Source: Paraspadella gotoi
Lineage: Eukaryota; Animalia; Chaetognatha
Direction of reading: 5' to 3'
DNA length: 64,000 nt
Assembly: GCA_051294375.1 (NCBI GenBank)
Contig: JBJCIZ010000239.1
Coordinates: 5,847,074 to 5,911,073 of the forward strand
In this document: positions 37,483 to 50,180 of the stretch, one piece after another
Layout: each line of letters starts with the position of its first letter
How positions within the stretch are numbered: position 1 is the stretch's first letter
Position numbers and translations under genes: made by a program
Notes under the pieces: generated by a model
Database searches by the model: none
What the model was told of the DNA's origin: nothing
The model's input: only the letters and a program-made list of their open reading frames with translations

Positions 37483-40400
37483 TTAATAAAATTCGATGTC
37501 CATATCCTTCAAGACTTGATCAACGTTGCAGAACGACATTCTCTGGGTTTGGGGATCTTGAGATAACCAAAAACTCGTTACGTTTTTGGTTGCGCTGAGA
37601 TGAAATTAAAGCGGTAAGGGACAAAACAGTAAAAAAAAATTGAATAACTAAAAAATAAGTTTGGGTTACTCTCGGCGCACCTAGCTGAATTGAATTAATT
37701 GTTAAAATAATACGTTTTAAGATATCTCATGAACGGGAAAGCAAATATTTGATTATTTTTTTATTTTTTTTTTGAGAAGATTCAAATACATTTATATTTT
37801 TTATAAACGATTTTTTATTCGAATAAAAATAATATTCTACGATTACTTACTTTTCGGCAAAATACCCAATCCCTCTTGTTTTTCCCAAAAGAGGATCGTC
37901 CCCAATTCGTCCATTCCTTAAGGATATTTTGGTTTTTCCCGCGTACACATTATTTCGTTCATCTAAAAAAAAATTTGAAACGATTAAAATAATTTAACCC
38001 TATTTTATTACTTTTAGATATTGGCTTTAATTCAATTGTTTCAAACACCAGAGGTCACCCTCGGCCCCTTTCGCCAAATTCCATTCACCTTGCTCCCACA
38101 CCCAAACACCAGAGGTCACCCTCGGCCCTTTCGCCAATTCCATTCACTATGCTCCCACACCCAAACACCAGAGGTCACCCTCAGCCACTTTCGCCCCCGT
38201 ACCCGTCATGTTTCCGTCCGCGTTGACGAGGACGTCAGTGATGCTGATGCCTTTTTTAGTTTTGGCGGAAAGAGGTAACTCGTCTAAGAGAAGAGGGACG
38301 TCTCCAGGGTGGTTGGCGGGCGAGTCGAAGGCGGGAGTGCTGGAATAAAGGAATGGGGTTGTGGAAAAATATGGAGAGGTGGAAAAAGGGGTTTAATGAG
38401 ATGAGAAATGGTCGACGGGCGAGTCGAAGGCGGGAGTGTTGGAATAGAAAGAGGGGGTTGTGGAAAAATGGGGGTGGTGGAAAAATGGAGGAGGTGGAAA
38501 AATGGGGTATACGGGCGAGTAGAAGTCGGGAATAAAGGGAAAAATGAAAAAAAGGAGATATGTTGGATAAGTTGTTTACCAAGATATGGGATTTGTGGAA
38601 AGCAAGTCGAAAGGAGGAACCCAGGAAGAAAACTGGTAGTCAAATAGGGGTGTTTAGGGAGAATATCCAAAGTGCTGGATGAGAGATACTTTTTCAAGGT
38701 GCTTTTTCAAGGCGGAATTTTTCTGGCCGTTTTGAGATCACCGCCATGGAGCCATACATTAGCCTTATTTGTGAGATCTTGTTCACTATTTTCCTTTCAA
38801 AAATCTACAACGAGGATGAGTTTTAAGCGAGCGGTGGGAGATTCATTCATTCATTCTCTCTCTCTCTCTCTCTCTCTTTCATTCTCTCGCTCTCTCTTTA
38901 TCCCCGTTTGGCTTGTAACTACAAAAAGGTTTTTGAGGGTCGTATTTCTTGTTGGATGAGATATACTGAAGAGACTAGTGAATCGTAACTTATCCGCTCC
39001 CTAAGCAGCAATGCAACAGATCCTTGCCTTGGAACCAGGCTTGGGGAATTTTATAAACTCCCCATTTTTATGGCCGTCCTGATGCCACCATTAGGGATCA
39101 ATCCCGTCATGAACTGATTGCTTAACTCAATCAAACCACCTGGTTACAACTGGAATAAAAAGTCATGTTTATAGGCGGGATAAACTTGGCCCTGTGCCCG
39201 ACTTCAAATCTATGCTCAGGTGAAAAAAAAGTAAAGCAAAAAGATTTGGCGCAAAAAACACTCTGCTCGATAAAACTGTAGTCGGGCATTGCCTAGGTTC
39301 ACCCCGCCTATAAGCATGACTCTTTCAGTTGAGACTCATTGAGTAAAGCCATCAGCTCATAACCACTAGGTACCGGGTTCAATCCTAACCCGGTACCTAC
39401 TCTGCGGGAAGAGTGAGGACGGCCGTAAGCCACCTTGGGGGCGTGGAAAACCCTCAAGCCTGGTTCCAAGCCCAGGACCCGTTCCATGTCCGCTAGAGGG
39501 GGTTATAGAAGTTACGGATAGTCATCTTCAGCCCACTTAGCGCCTTATCCACAAAACTAACCTGCGTTTATCAACGCGATAAAATGGTAGAATCATCTCC
39601 TCATATTCTTTGGAAACGTATTGGCTCAGATAAGCGCCAGAGCCGAAGAGAAAACTGTCGTTGATCGCTGATCGTTGAGACATCAGCAAAAGGAGAGGGG
39701 GAATAAATTTGATGAATAAACGAGATTTGATTGAAAGATTTTAGAGACCTACTCTGTCATAATCTTGTAAAAGTAATGGAGGCCTTAAACCACCATCGCC
39801 TGTCCAAAGTCAGGGGCAAGATAGCTTATTTCTTAAATCAATGGATGATTTTATATTTGGTTTTACTAATTTCCTGAGACCAAACGGAAAATCGAGGCAT
39901 TTGAATTAGAGCCTCTGACCTTGGACAAGCTATTTAAAAATTTGCATTTTGAAATTTTAGCTTATAATATACTTATTACAATACTATACAATGTTTGCTC
40001 CCTTTAAATAGCACCTTATATGCTGCAAAAATCGCCATTTCCGACAAAGAAGATGAGACTATACAAAAAAATGTTTATCATCATCGAATTCTACGGACTT
40101 TATTACACTAAAATAGCTATGTACCTCACTTTATTTGTTATATTTCGTTATTTTTCAACGCCCTACTACCCAATGTGCTCACGATTCAATGTAACGGAGT
40201 GGCCATAGTAGACGATTCTTATCCAAGCTTGGTTGCCCTTTTGGACCGAGTAAAGGGGCTGCGTCTTCCAATCGATCATGGGCGGAGGACGTGAGCCGGT
40301 TGGGCACGTCGTGAGCAGAGGGAGCAACTTCTCGAGTGTGTCGTCGATTGAAGCTCCGCTTAGTTTGAGGTCACCGTCGCCTGAGAAAGACAGAAAGAGA

Positions 40401-42910
40401 GAAAGAAAGAGAGAAAGAGAGAAAGACAGAAAGAGAGAAAGAGAGAAAGAAAGAGAGAGCGCGGGGGTAAAAAAAACAACTTTCTAAAACTTGTTATACG
40501 ATATTTTGATGATAAGGTTGTTAAAATTGATAAAAGTTTTTCATTTTCTTGTCAGAAGAAAAAAGTTTTACACGGATTTTTTAAGAACTCAGAAACTTTA
40601 TCAACTTGCTTTCTATTTTTAGCAGAACTTTCTCGTTGAAGAGAGAACAACTTTCTTTCTTTCCTCTTTCTAACTCTCTCTCATTTTCTCTCTCTCTCTC
40701 TTTCATAATTCCCTTTACCTTTATTGCAAAGGAGACACGCCTGATGATAACCGAGTCGCCTCCTAACCAACATTTGAACCGTGGGCTTTGTTTTCACTGC
40801 TCCGTTGGTCGTCGTCGTTGTCGCAGTTGTTTTCGCTGCAGACGCCTTCGTCGTGGACGCTGTTGCGATTGTGGGAGACGGTTCGTCGTCGTCCTGCTCT
40901 CCGGCGTCGGCTGCGGAGTCGGCCGCGGAGTCTGCTGCGGCGTCGGCCGCGGAGTCCGCTGCCGCGTCGGCTGCGGAGTCTGCCGCGGCTGCGGCGTCTA
41001 CTGCGACGTCTTCCTTCTTAGAATGGGTGGGTTTGTTGTTGTTGTTGTTGTTGTTGTTGTCGCTGTCGATAGTGACGTCGATTTTTTCGATTTCGCCGAA
41101 ATTTCGTTCTTCGTCGAAAACGTCGTCGATTTCGTCTTCGGCGTTGTGAAGCTTTTTCTTCCGGTTGTTGTTGTTTTGGTTGTTGTTGTTATCATTGTTT
41201 TTGGGCCTGTCGATGTTATTGTTGATTCCCTGAGGACGAAAGAAAAATATCCTCGCTGTCGAAATTTGTCAAAAATTATTTACTTTTATTTATTTTTTTT
41301 TTGTTTCAATGAATGGTAACGACATTTAAATAAATTAAGCGAAATTAATAAGCCTTATGCGTGTAATTTCAGTATAGATATTTTTTTGTTTAATGCTAAA
41401 ACTCAAAATAATAATAATAATAATAATAATCAATCAAAACAAACATTTCGGATCAAGTTAATTAATTAATTGACTAATTAAATAATTAATTAATTTGAAT
41501 TAATTAATTATTAATTAATTAATAATTAATAATTAATAATCATTAACCTAATTATTGACCCTAATCCATAACCCAATCTTTAACCCAACCCCTAACTTTT
41601 TACTTCTTTTTTAAAGTTAACAAGTTTGAGCAAACAATTAATTAACTTGAATTAATTATTTAATTACCGATAATGATCGTGGGCTTATCCGACATTGTTT
41701 GCTCAAACTTGTTAACTTTAAAAAAGAAGTAAAAAGTTAGGGTTTGGGTTAAAGATTGGGTTATGGATTAGAGTCAAGGATTAGGTTAATTATTAGGTTT
41801 AGGGATCAGGGTTAGAGTAAAAATTATATTTGTGTTAGGATTTACAGCTAAGAAATAAGGGCATGGATTAGATTATTAGGTTTGATAAAAAATTTACACT
41901 AAATATTAGGGTTTAGATTAAGTTCAGGGATTAAGGAAACAAATTGTATGAATTAAGTAGGTGCTTTTCTTTAATAAAATCAAATTTCGCACTTACTTTA
42001 AGAGAGAAAAATATGTTTTTAAATTCCTCACCTCAAGTTCACGGGAATTTTTATCCTGTCGTTTCTGTTGTTTTATTTTTACCGCCGGGACCATATTTTT
42101 GTATTCCCGAGTCGTCATTTCCGGCTTCACGAATGTGTCCAAACGATGAAGGCTCAACTCGGCCGGTTTGAGATTAAATTTTTTCGCCACCAAAGAGACT
42201 AAAATTTTGAACATTATTATCATTACTTTTTTTAATTAAAATTCATCGCCTTTTGATGATAAATTTATCCATTAGTCACGTGTCTTTCGATCTAACAAAA
42301 TTGGGTACAACTGATAAACTGTTCTATTTCATCGCCCGAATAGAACCAATGGTTTGCAATCAATCAAATTAAATTAAATCAAATTAAATCAATCAAAATT
42401 ATTTGAAAAAATCAATTGAATTAAAAAAAAAAAAAATTTTATCAAGTTTTAAATAATTTTTAAGTATTAAATAAAACAAGTCAAAACAAAACAAATCAAA
42501 TCTCATCGAAATAAATCAAATTATAAAATCAAATGGAATCCCATCAAATCCAATCGACCAATCAAATCAAAGACAGTCAACCAATCAGCTCACGAGTCAT
42601 CCTTCGATCGATGCCTTCCTCCTCCGCCGACAACTTCGTCAACGCTTTCATCGTCTTGTCCGCTTCGTCGGGAAGACGAGCGATCGCCGCTCCTGGTAAT
42701 GATGAGAAAAGAGAAAACAATCGCAACTAAAACAACAACAACAACAAGGAAAAATAAACAACAACAACGACGGACCTTGACGAAGCGATCGTTCCACCAG
42801 AGATTCCACGTTTTTGATCAACTCCATCAGATTATCTTTGAATATAAGGGAAAAAAATACTTGATAAAGAAATAGTAAATGGTTGAAGATGTTTCCTTTA
42901 TTTCTCTTTC

Positions 42911-42941
<31 letters not shown>

Positions 42942-42965
42942 CTCTCTCTCTATCTCTCTTGAAGA

Positions 42966-43033
<68 letters not shown>

Positions 43034-44819
43034 CATACTTGTTGTTAAAAATTCTTGTATTTTTTTCGTGACTTCATCAATTTTTTCCTTATCTTCTTCG
43101 CTGCTCCCACCACCGCTTCCGCTTCCGCCACTTCCGCTTCCACCACTTCCGCTTCCACCACCGCTTCCGCTTCCACCGCTTCCGCTTCCGCCACTTCCGC
43201 TTCCACGACTTCCGCTTCCACCACCGCTTCCACTTCCACCACTGCCACCACCACTTTCGCTTCTATTTCCTCCACTGCCTGAAGAAATAAAATAATTTAT
43301 AAAAAAAAATTAAAAAATATTAAATAATATTCATATTATTTATTAAAATTAATGATCTGCATTTTCGTCTTTTCTACAATCTGTGGTAAGATAGCTAAAA
43401 CTTGAGCATTTACTGCCATTAACATGGTTGCGCTTCCACATCCGCTACCTCCTCCGGATGCGCTTCCACTACTACTGCTTCTGGTACTTTCTCCACTGCT
43501 CTTACTTGCACTACTACTAGTACTGCTGCTGCTCGAGTAGCCACTTCCCCTTGCACTTCCGCCACTCCCAAAATTATTTTTACCACCACCGCTTCCACTT
43601 GTCCTGCTCCCACTGTCACTACCTTTGGTGGGTCCACTGCTCCGACTACTGCTACGGACACTAGCTCCTCCACTCCCGGTAGCACTCCAGCTGGTAGTAC
43701 CTTTACTGGCACTACTACCTTCACCAAAATAACCTCCATTACTCATTTTACTGCTGGCGCTGCTATTGCAATTTTTTTCAGTTCCTCCTCCGGCGCTACT
43801 GGGCCAGTACTGGCGCTTCCCATACCACCCGCCCCACTACTTTCACCACCCTTGTCGCCACCTGGTTCCCATCCAGGTCCGCCACCGGGTTCCCAACCAG
43901 GTCCACTTCCGGGTTTCCCACCAGGTCCGCCTCCGGATTTCTGGCCAGGTTTCCCACCAGGTCCCCCACTAGCTTTTCCACCTCCGGATCCGCTGCCTTT
44001 GTCGCTCCCTCCGATCCCGGCACCAGTTTTTGTTTGTATAAAGCAGCCTTCAAGAGATTCTGAAAAAGAGAAGGGTAGGGTGAGCGAGCGAGTGAGAGAG
44101 AGAAAGAGAGAAAGTAAGAGGGAGAGAGAGAGAGCCCTGTTTTCCCAACTCACTAGACCACTTCTGTAACGCCTTCGGCTCCAACTTTTCCAGTTTGTCT
44201 TCACAGTCGCAGAGATCAATGAGCATCTTGTTTTTTTCTCTGCTCCCTGGGGGAAGGTGAAGAATAAAGGGGAGTGGGAGAGAGGGAGGGAAGGAGCGGG
44301 AAAAAGATTAAAAGCCGGAGATGAAGGAGGATGAAAAAAAGGGGTAAGAGTATAAAAAATTAACAGGAAATTTAGGAAAATTAGATTTAAAAAAATGTTT
44401 GTAGGGATAAGGGTTGAAAGATATAAATAAAATGTAACCTGGGATAGGTATCATTAATTATCATTATCCATCAGCTCATGACAACTGGATACCGGATAAA
44501 TGTCAAATTGGTACTGCCAGCTGCATAGGATAGTGAAAAAACATCATTCGTAGGGACAAACCTGGAACGGGCTCTTTCTTAAAATCCTCCTCCAGCCTGT
44601 TCATCTCAACCAGTATCAAAATGTTGAATACCATGCTGATCAAAATCCCCAAAAAAATAATGAGTAGGAGAATGGCAAGGATGAAAGAGAACGCCTGTGA
44701 GAGATAGATAGAGAGATAAAGATCGAGAGAGATATAGAGATAGAAAGATAGATAGAAAAAGAGTAATTATTCTAAATATCATTAATTAATACTAAGGTTA
44801 TGGAGAATGAGAGAGAGAA

Positions 44820-44853
<34 letters not shown>

Positions 44854-46044
44854 TATAAGTGAATTACCTCTGCCTCCTTCATTTCTTTTTCCATTCTCTT
44901 ATCCTCTTCGTCTTCTTCGTCGTCGTCGCCTCGGTTCGCCGGTCGAGGCAGGAAGGTATCGTCCGGGTCAGTTCCCTGATTCACGCTCAGACTAGGATCG
45001 TCCAGCTGGTCAGATAAGGAAGGGGAGGAAAGAGGGGCAGGGGGTGAAAGGGGGAAAATTAAGGGACGGAAAGGGGGGGGTAAAAAGAAAAAATTAAATG
45101 AAGGTTGCAAAATTTTGAATTAAATGAAGTGGCATTGACAAACGTTACTCAACGCTTTCCTTTTTCTATAAGTGCCCCATTTCTGTTTCTCAATTTTTGA
45201 ACTTACTCTTAACCATTATGTTTACTCATACTTTTTTTACTAAACCGATAACCTATTTCCTAAACTTAATCCATAACCTTAATGCTTAACCCTAGCCTAT
45301 GCTTTAACTGTATCAATAACCCTTATTCACTGATCATTAATCTTAACCCCTTGCGCTAATCCTTAACCTGAATCATCAACCTTATCATTAGCAAAACTCT
45401 TTAGCCTATTCCTTATTCCCTAGCCAACAAAAAATATAATTTAATAACAAAGTAAGAATGAAATGTGGCATTCTGGGAATATAAGGCTGGTAATAAACTG
45501 ATTGACTTACCTTAGGCTTTTGGAAGCTCAAATAGTTCAGGCAAAAACGACGACGATAACAAAGACGACAAATACAACGACAAAAACGACGACAAAGTCT
45601 TTCTACTTAGCGACCCATAGGTTATTGTCACTCTGTCAGTACCTCTATTGCCTTGTCATTTCCTAATGACAGTTAAGTTAATCCCTTACCTGAGGCTGGG
45701 GTAACTGTCACTCTGTCAGTATCTCTATCGCCTTGTCATTTCTTAATGACAGAGATAAGTTAAACCCTTACCTCAGACTGCGGTAACTGTCACTGTCAGT
45801 ACCTTCATCGCCTTGTCATTTCCTAATGACAGGTAAGTTAATCCCTTACCTCAGGCTGCGGTGACTGCCATTCTGTCGGTTCCTGCATCTCCTTGTCATT
45901 TCTTAATGACAGAGGTAAGTTAATCCCTTACCTCAGGCTGCGGTGACTGCCATTCCGTTGGTTCCTGCAACGCTTTCCCCACATCCGACGCAGGAGGAAT
46001 GTTAAGGTTCCAATCGTGTTCATCGTCGAACTCAGGGAGTTCCA
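37483..46044 (-). CDS. About 17-exon gene or young pseudogene for a single-pass membrane protein with a Gly/Ser/Asp-rich stalk and an unassigned C-terminal globular region
   Basis: Mostly phase-matched GT-AG exons: ELPEFDDEHDW..QPE|LDDPS..MKEAE|AFSFILAILLLIIFLGILISMVFNILILV (TM)..|SREKNKMLIDLCDC..|Gly/Ser-rich|..IQEFLTT|NLMELIK..|AAIARLPDE..|SLVAKKF..ELE|GINNN..CLLCNK|DGDLK..REHIG|LIFFVGNGDFCSI*|INDSFLFG..|..KIPP*KSTLKKYL..|ELPLSAK..|ERNNVYAG..|ATKNVTSFW..IEFY-TAA (37483-37485). There is one frameshift near 43802, and two donors are uncertain. Confidence 0.75.
38042..38530. repeat. Two intronic minisatellites (about 60-bp x2.5; about 100-bp x2-3)
   Basis: CAAACACCAGAGGTCACCCTC at 38042, 38103 and 38162; GGGCGAGTCGAAGGCGGGAGT-like units at about 38318, 38417 and 38513. 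Confidence 0.85.
38966..39531. repeat. About 565-bp imperfect palindrome (foldback) occupying most of an intron
   Basis: Paired blocks: TGAAGAGACTA..CGTAACTT / AAGTTACGGATAGTCATCTTCA; CTTGGAACCAGGCTTG / CAAGCCTGGTTCCAAG; AGTCATGTTTATAGGCGGG / CCCGCCTATAAGCATGACT. Confidence 0.8.
41543..41990. repeat. Telomeric-like element remnant with a near-perfect about 95-bp inverted duplication
   Basis: 41543-41638 is the reverse complement of about 41694-41790; G-strand units continue to about 41940. Confidence 0.8.
45152..45488 (-). mobile_element. TIR-bounded telomeric-like-repeat element (diverged)
   Basis: ..TTTTTCTATAAGTGCCCCATTTCTG .. TAACC/TAATCC units .. ATGAAATGTGGCATTCTGGGAATATAAGGCT. Confidence 0.65.
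45620..45970 (-). repeat. 78-82-bp tandem repeat x4.4 spanning an exon/intron junction
   Basis: The donor GTAAGGG is repeated on the minus strand at 45931, 45849, 45771 and 45689. Confidence 0.9.
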
Positions 46045-46253
46045 CTACGGAAGGGGAAGAAGTGAGAAGGTTTCACGAAAAAAAGTTTATTGTTTCATAA
46101 ACTTAACGTTAGTTGGCGGTTGTGGCTGTAGTTTTTATTTGAATTAGATTAGGAAAAGAATGACCTTTTAATAAGGCTGAGGAGTTTTAAGATAAAATAC
46201 ATTAAAAATAAGAAGAAAAAAGAAAGAGAAAGAAAGAAAGTAATGAGATAGAG

Positions 46254-46301
<48 letters not shown>

Positions 46302-46719
46302 GGTTTTATAAGTTTGTTTCACAAACCTGTTTATATAACATTATCTCATTCTTTTAGAGTTAAATTTTTGCTTCCAAATTTAACAAAAACGCACTTTGAT
46401 TTTTTGTATTCGGACGGGGATATAAGGCTTTTCTTCTTTCCATCGTTTCGTTTTAGATTCTACATGAACAAATAATTTTTATAGTATAACCTACTTATAA
46501 ATTTGGGATTAAGTTTTTAATTTTTGTTTAAGATTAGTTTGTTAATCATGAATAGAGGAAAGGAGAGAAATAGCGGATCCCTCGACAAACAACTTCTCGT
46601 TTTTATCGGAATGAAATACCGGTAAATGGATTAAATAGCTGAAATTTGTTTCCCTCTTGTGTATATTTATTTTTTATCATAACTGGCTTATTTCTTTCCC
46701 CACTTCTGTATCTTCCACT

Positions 46720-46925
46720 CTCCACGTCCCTGTGTCTACCCTTCTCCACCTCCCTGTGTCTTCCCCACTCCACGCCCCTGTGTCTTCCCCACTCCACGCC
46801 CCCGTGTCTTCCCCTCTACACGCCCCTGTGTCTAACCTTCTCCACCTCCTTGTGTCTTCCCCACTCCACGCCCCTGTGTTTTCCCCTCTCCACGCCCCTG
46901 TGTCTCACCATCTTCACGCCCCTGA
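46720..46925. repeat. 24-bp minisatellite, about 8.5 copies
   Basis: Unit CTCCACGCCCCTGTGTCTTCCCCA. Confidence 0.9.
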
Positions 46926-47306
46926 TTATGACTAACGAAACAAATACAATTTTTGTTGTTCTCACCTCCAGCTAATAATTTTAAACAAAAGGAAAGAGAA
47001 AGATTAAGTTTAAAAAGTAATTCTCATTTCCCTATTTATTGTTTATTTATTATATTTCTGTTAATATATATTTCTTTATAAATTTCATCTAAAAAAGAAA
47101 TTGACACTTACGTTTACAACTGGCGACGAGTCAAGAATATATAATATAATATATAACCAACGTGGTTCCCTCCCACCCTTCGGTTTAAAACAAGTCTCTG
47201 TTTTTTTTTTCCCCTTCGCGGTGATTTCTTTGATTTCTGTTTTCTTTTCGCGGTGTTTCTCTGTTTTTTTTTGTTCTTGGCTTTTAAACTTTCCTTTTTT
47301 TTTTTT

Positions 47307-47641
47307 GGTTATCTTTTCCAAAAGCGCCCTATTTCTATTCCTTTATCCTTAATTTTAATTTTAATCTTAATATTAGAAAATATAAATAAATTTATTATTG
47401 CTTAAAACAATGATTTTTCTATTTAATTTTGAATATATTTTGGCTATGTGATAGCCTTTATCAGCGTGTAAATCATATATAAAAATAATAATGCTTATTA
47501 ATCTTATTATTAAATCCTAATCTATTACCAAACTTATAACCATACTCTCAGACTTTTAACTCTAGCTTAATCTTTACCCTTTATCCTAAAGAAGTTTCCA
47601 TGAATTTAACATGAAATGGGGCGCGTTGAGAAAATAAGGCC
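47307..47641 (-). mobile_element. TIR-bounded telomeric-like-repeat element
   Basis: GGTTATCTTTTCCAAAAGCGCCCTATTTCT .. ATGAAATGGGGCGCGTTGAGAAAATAAGGCC, with T-runs on both sides. Confidence 0.7.
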
Positions 47642-48909
47642 TTTTTTTTATTTCTTCCTTCGGTTGAATCGGCGAATTTCGTTACCCGTCGATTTTATCA
47701 ACGGAATTTTTGAAACTCTTTCTCGCTTCATCAAAGAAGAGAGATTAAGAAAAAAAAATAATTTCTTTAATGAAATACAATATAGTATTCTAAGTTGTAA
47801 TGCTTTATGGGTGTTTAAAAATTTAATCGGTTCATTGAAAAAATATGCCACTTCATTGATAGGGAGAGCCAGGTACTTCGGGAATGATCGATGAATGATT
47901 AAAAGCTTGCTATCAATAAAAATAAGCTCATTGTCCCTGACTTCGGACATCAATCTTACAAGATAATTACGTTGTACGAACTCTTGCGCGTTCGTGCGAC
48001 TTCGAAATCGGGAATCTGAAGAGACTATGTGACTATGAGACTATGAGATAAATCTTACATTTTTTTTTATTTTCACGATCTTTAATAATCACATTAACAA
48101 TATTTATACCGGACTTCTGTTAGTTTGTAACCTGTTCCGCCTTACTACTGCCCATCAAAAACTACATCATCTTCAAAACATCGACCTTTTTTTTTTACTC
48201 CCGCTGTGAGGAGTTGCGTTGATGGATTAGATTCTGCAGCGATGACAATGACGATGACGAAGACGACGACAAAGATGACAACGAAGATGAAAAAGACGTC
48301 TATGAAAACGACGATGACAAAAATGATCAACAAAAAAGACGATGAAGATGACGAAGACGATGACGAAGACAACGACAAAGACGACAACGAAGATCACGAA
48401 GACGATGTTGATGAAAAGGTCGATGGAGACGACGATGACAACAACGACGAATGAAGATGACGAAGACAATGATCGCGATGACGTCGATGAAGACATTGAT
48501 GTAGATGGCGATGACGACGATGACGATTACGATGACGACGACTACGAAGATGGCGGTGACGACGGCGACGACAACGAAGATGATGTAGATGACGACGACA
48601 ATGACGACATAAAGATGACGACGAAGACGACAACGAAGATGACGACTACGAAGATGGCGATGACGACGACGACGACAACGAAGATGACGACAACGAAGAT
48701 GGCGGTGACGACGAAAAAGATGACGACGACGGCGACGGCGAAGATTTTTTTTCAGCCTCGTTTTAGAAAAAAAATAAAAGATTTAAAAATTTAAAAATAA
48801 AAGAAATCGGAAATCTTAAGATTTAAGTGTCGACGTATCTTCATTTTTCATTCGAATCGTTAAGTCTCTTTCAAGAAAGAGAGAGAGAGAGAGAGTGGCA
48901 TGAAAAAAA

Positions 48910-49024
<115 letters not shown>

Positions 49025-50180
49025 CAACTCCCTCTTATCAACTTCAAAACCTCACTAAAATGAAACAAAAGTATTTAGCATCTAAAACCTTCTTAGCTTT
49101 TTACTTTACCTTTTGAGTATTCTGTGTGTGATACTTTAAGTCACGTTTGTGTCGGTTTGTCGGTCTATTTTTTTTGTCTATTAATCAGTCTCATTAATGT
49201 TTAAATATGAATAATAAAGAGTAGTAAAAAGACTAAATTTAACTCAATTTAAAATTCTAAAACATTGTACTAATGAACATTAATTTATAACAAAAATTTA
49301 TTATAATTTTTGCAATTTATATATAATACTAAGCCTATAAATGTTAAAATTTCAAAATGTTTTTATAAGATTTTTTTTGCAGATTTAGATTCGTCATAAA
49401 ATGTTGTTAAAAAAGAAATATAACTCTTTTTTAAAAGAGTTTACATTAAGTTGGTCAAAAATCGGAAAAACTTATATTTTAAGCTGAAAATTAAATTTTT
49501 GTATATTAAATATGTTTTTTTTAATTTTTAACCTACTTAATAAAATTTGTTTTTAAAATGAGTTATATTTTTTCAACTTTTTCAACTTTTGACGAGGAAT
49601 TTAAATCTGCCATTAAAATTAAGAAAATCCATTTTAAAATTTAGGATTTTTTAAGGATAGTACTATATAAAAATAGCCTACTGCGAAAATTAAAAAAACA
49701 TAATATTAATTTTTTTTTAATAAATAAATGTTCAATTGGGGTACGTTGTTCATAAATGACCATTAGAATTTTCAAACATGATATTCACTACGGTCTAATG
49801 AATAACTCTTAAAATATTATACTGTTTTGATTTATATCGAGCAGATATATATATATATATGTACTGTATAATAGAAAACCTTGCACGTATGTTTTATACT
49901 TGCGTATTCATTAGATCATTAAGAAATGCGTTTATATGACCAAAAAAGCCATATAGGTTAATACTTCGCAAGCAGGACATTTCCCTTAAATTATTTTTTA
50001 TCCATATGTTTAATTTTATATTATTATATAATATTTAAAAAAAATAATTCTATGACTAAAAAGTAAATGCTAATAACTCATTTAACCTCCAGGTTACGAC
50101 TTGGCAGGCAACTATTTACAATGCATTAAGGTGAAGCGACATCTAGAAATCACTGTTTCTTGTTTTTTTTCCTTTTTAAT

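Noticed and set aside
39330-39400. Functional tRNA-Met gene
   Set aside because: Only anticodon-loop-like and B-box-like pieces are present; I could not form an acceptor stem or cloverleaf.
39562-40380. Ulp1-like protease resemblance
   Set aside because: No HW or DCG catalytic motifs in the spliced reading.
45620-45970. CRISPR-like appearance (regular about 80-bp period with palindromes)
   Set aside because: The whole unit repeats with no unique spacers, there are no cas genes, and it lies in a spliceosomal gene.
46646-46975. Repeat-protein ORFs (LPHSTPLC / SSPLHAPV)
   Set aside because: Explained by a 24-bp minisatellite, and all three frames on the neighbouring gene's strand contain stops.
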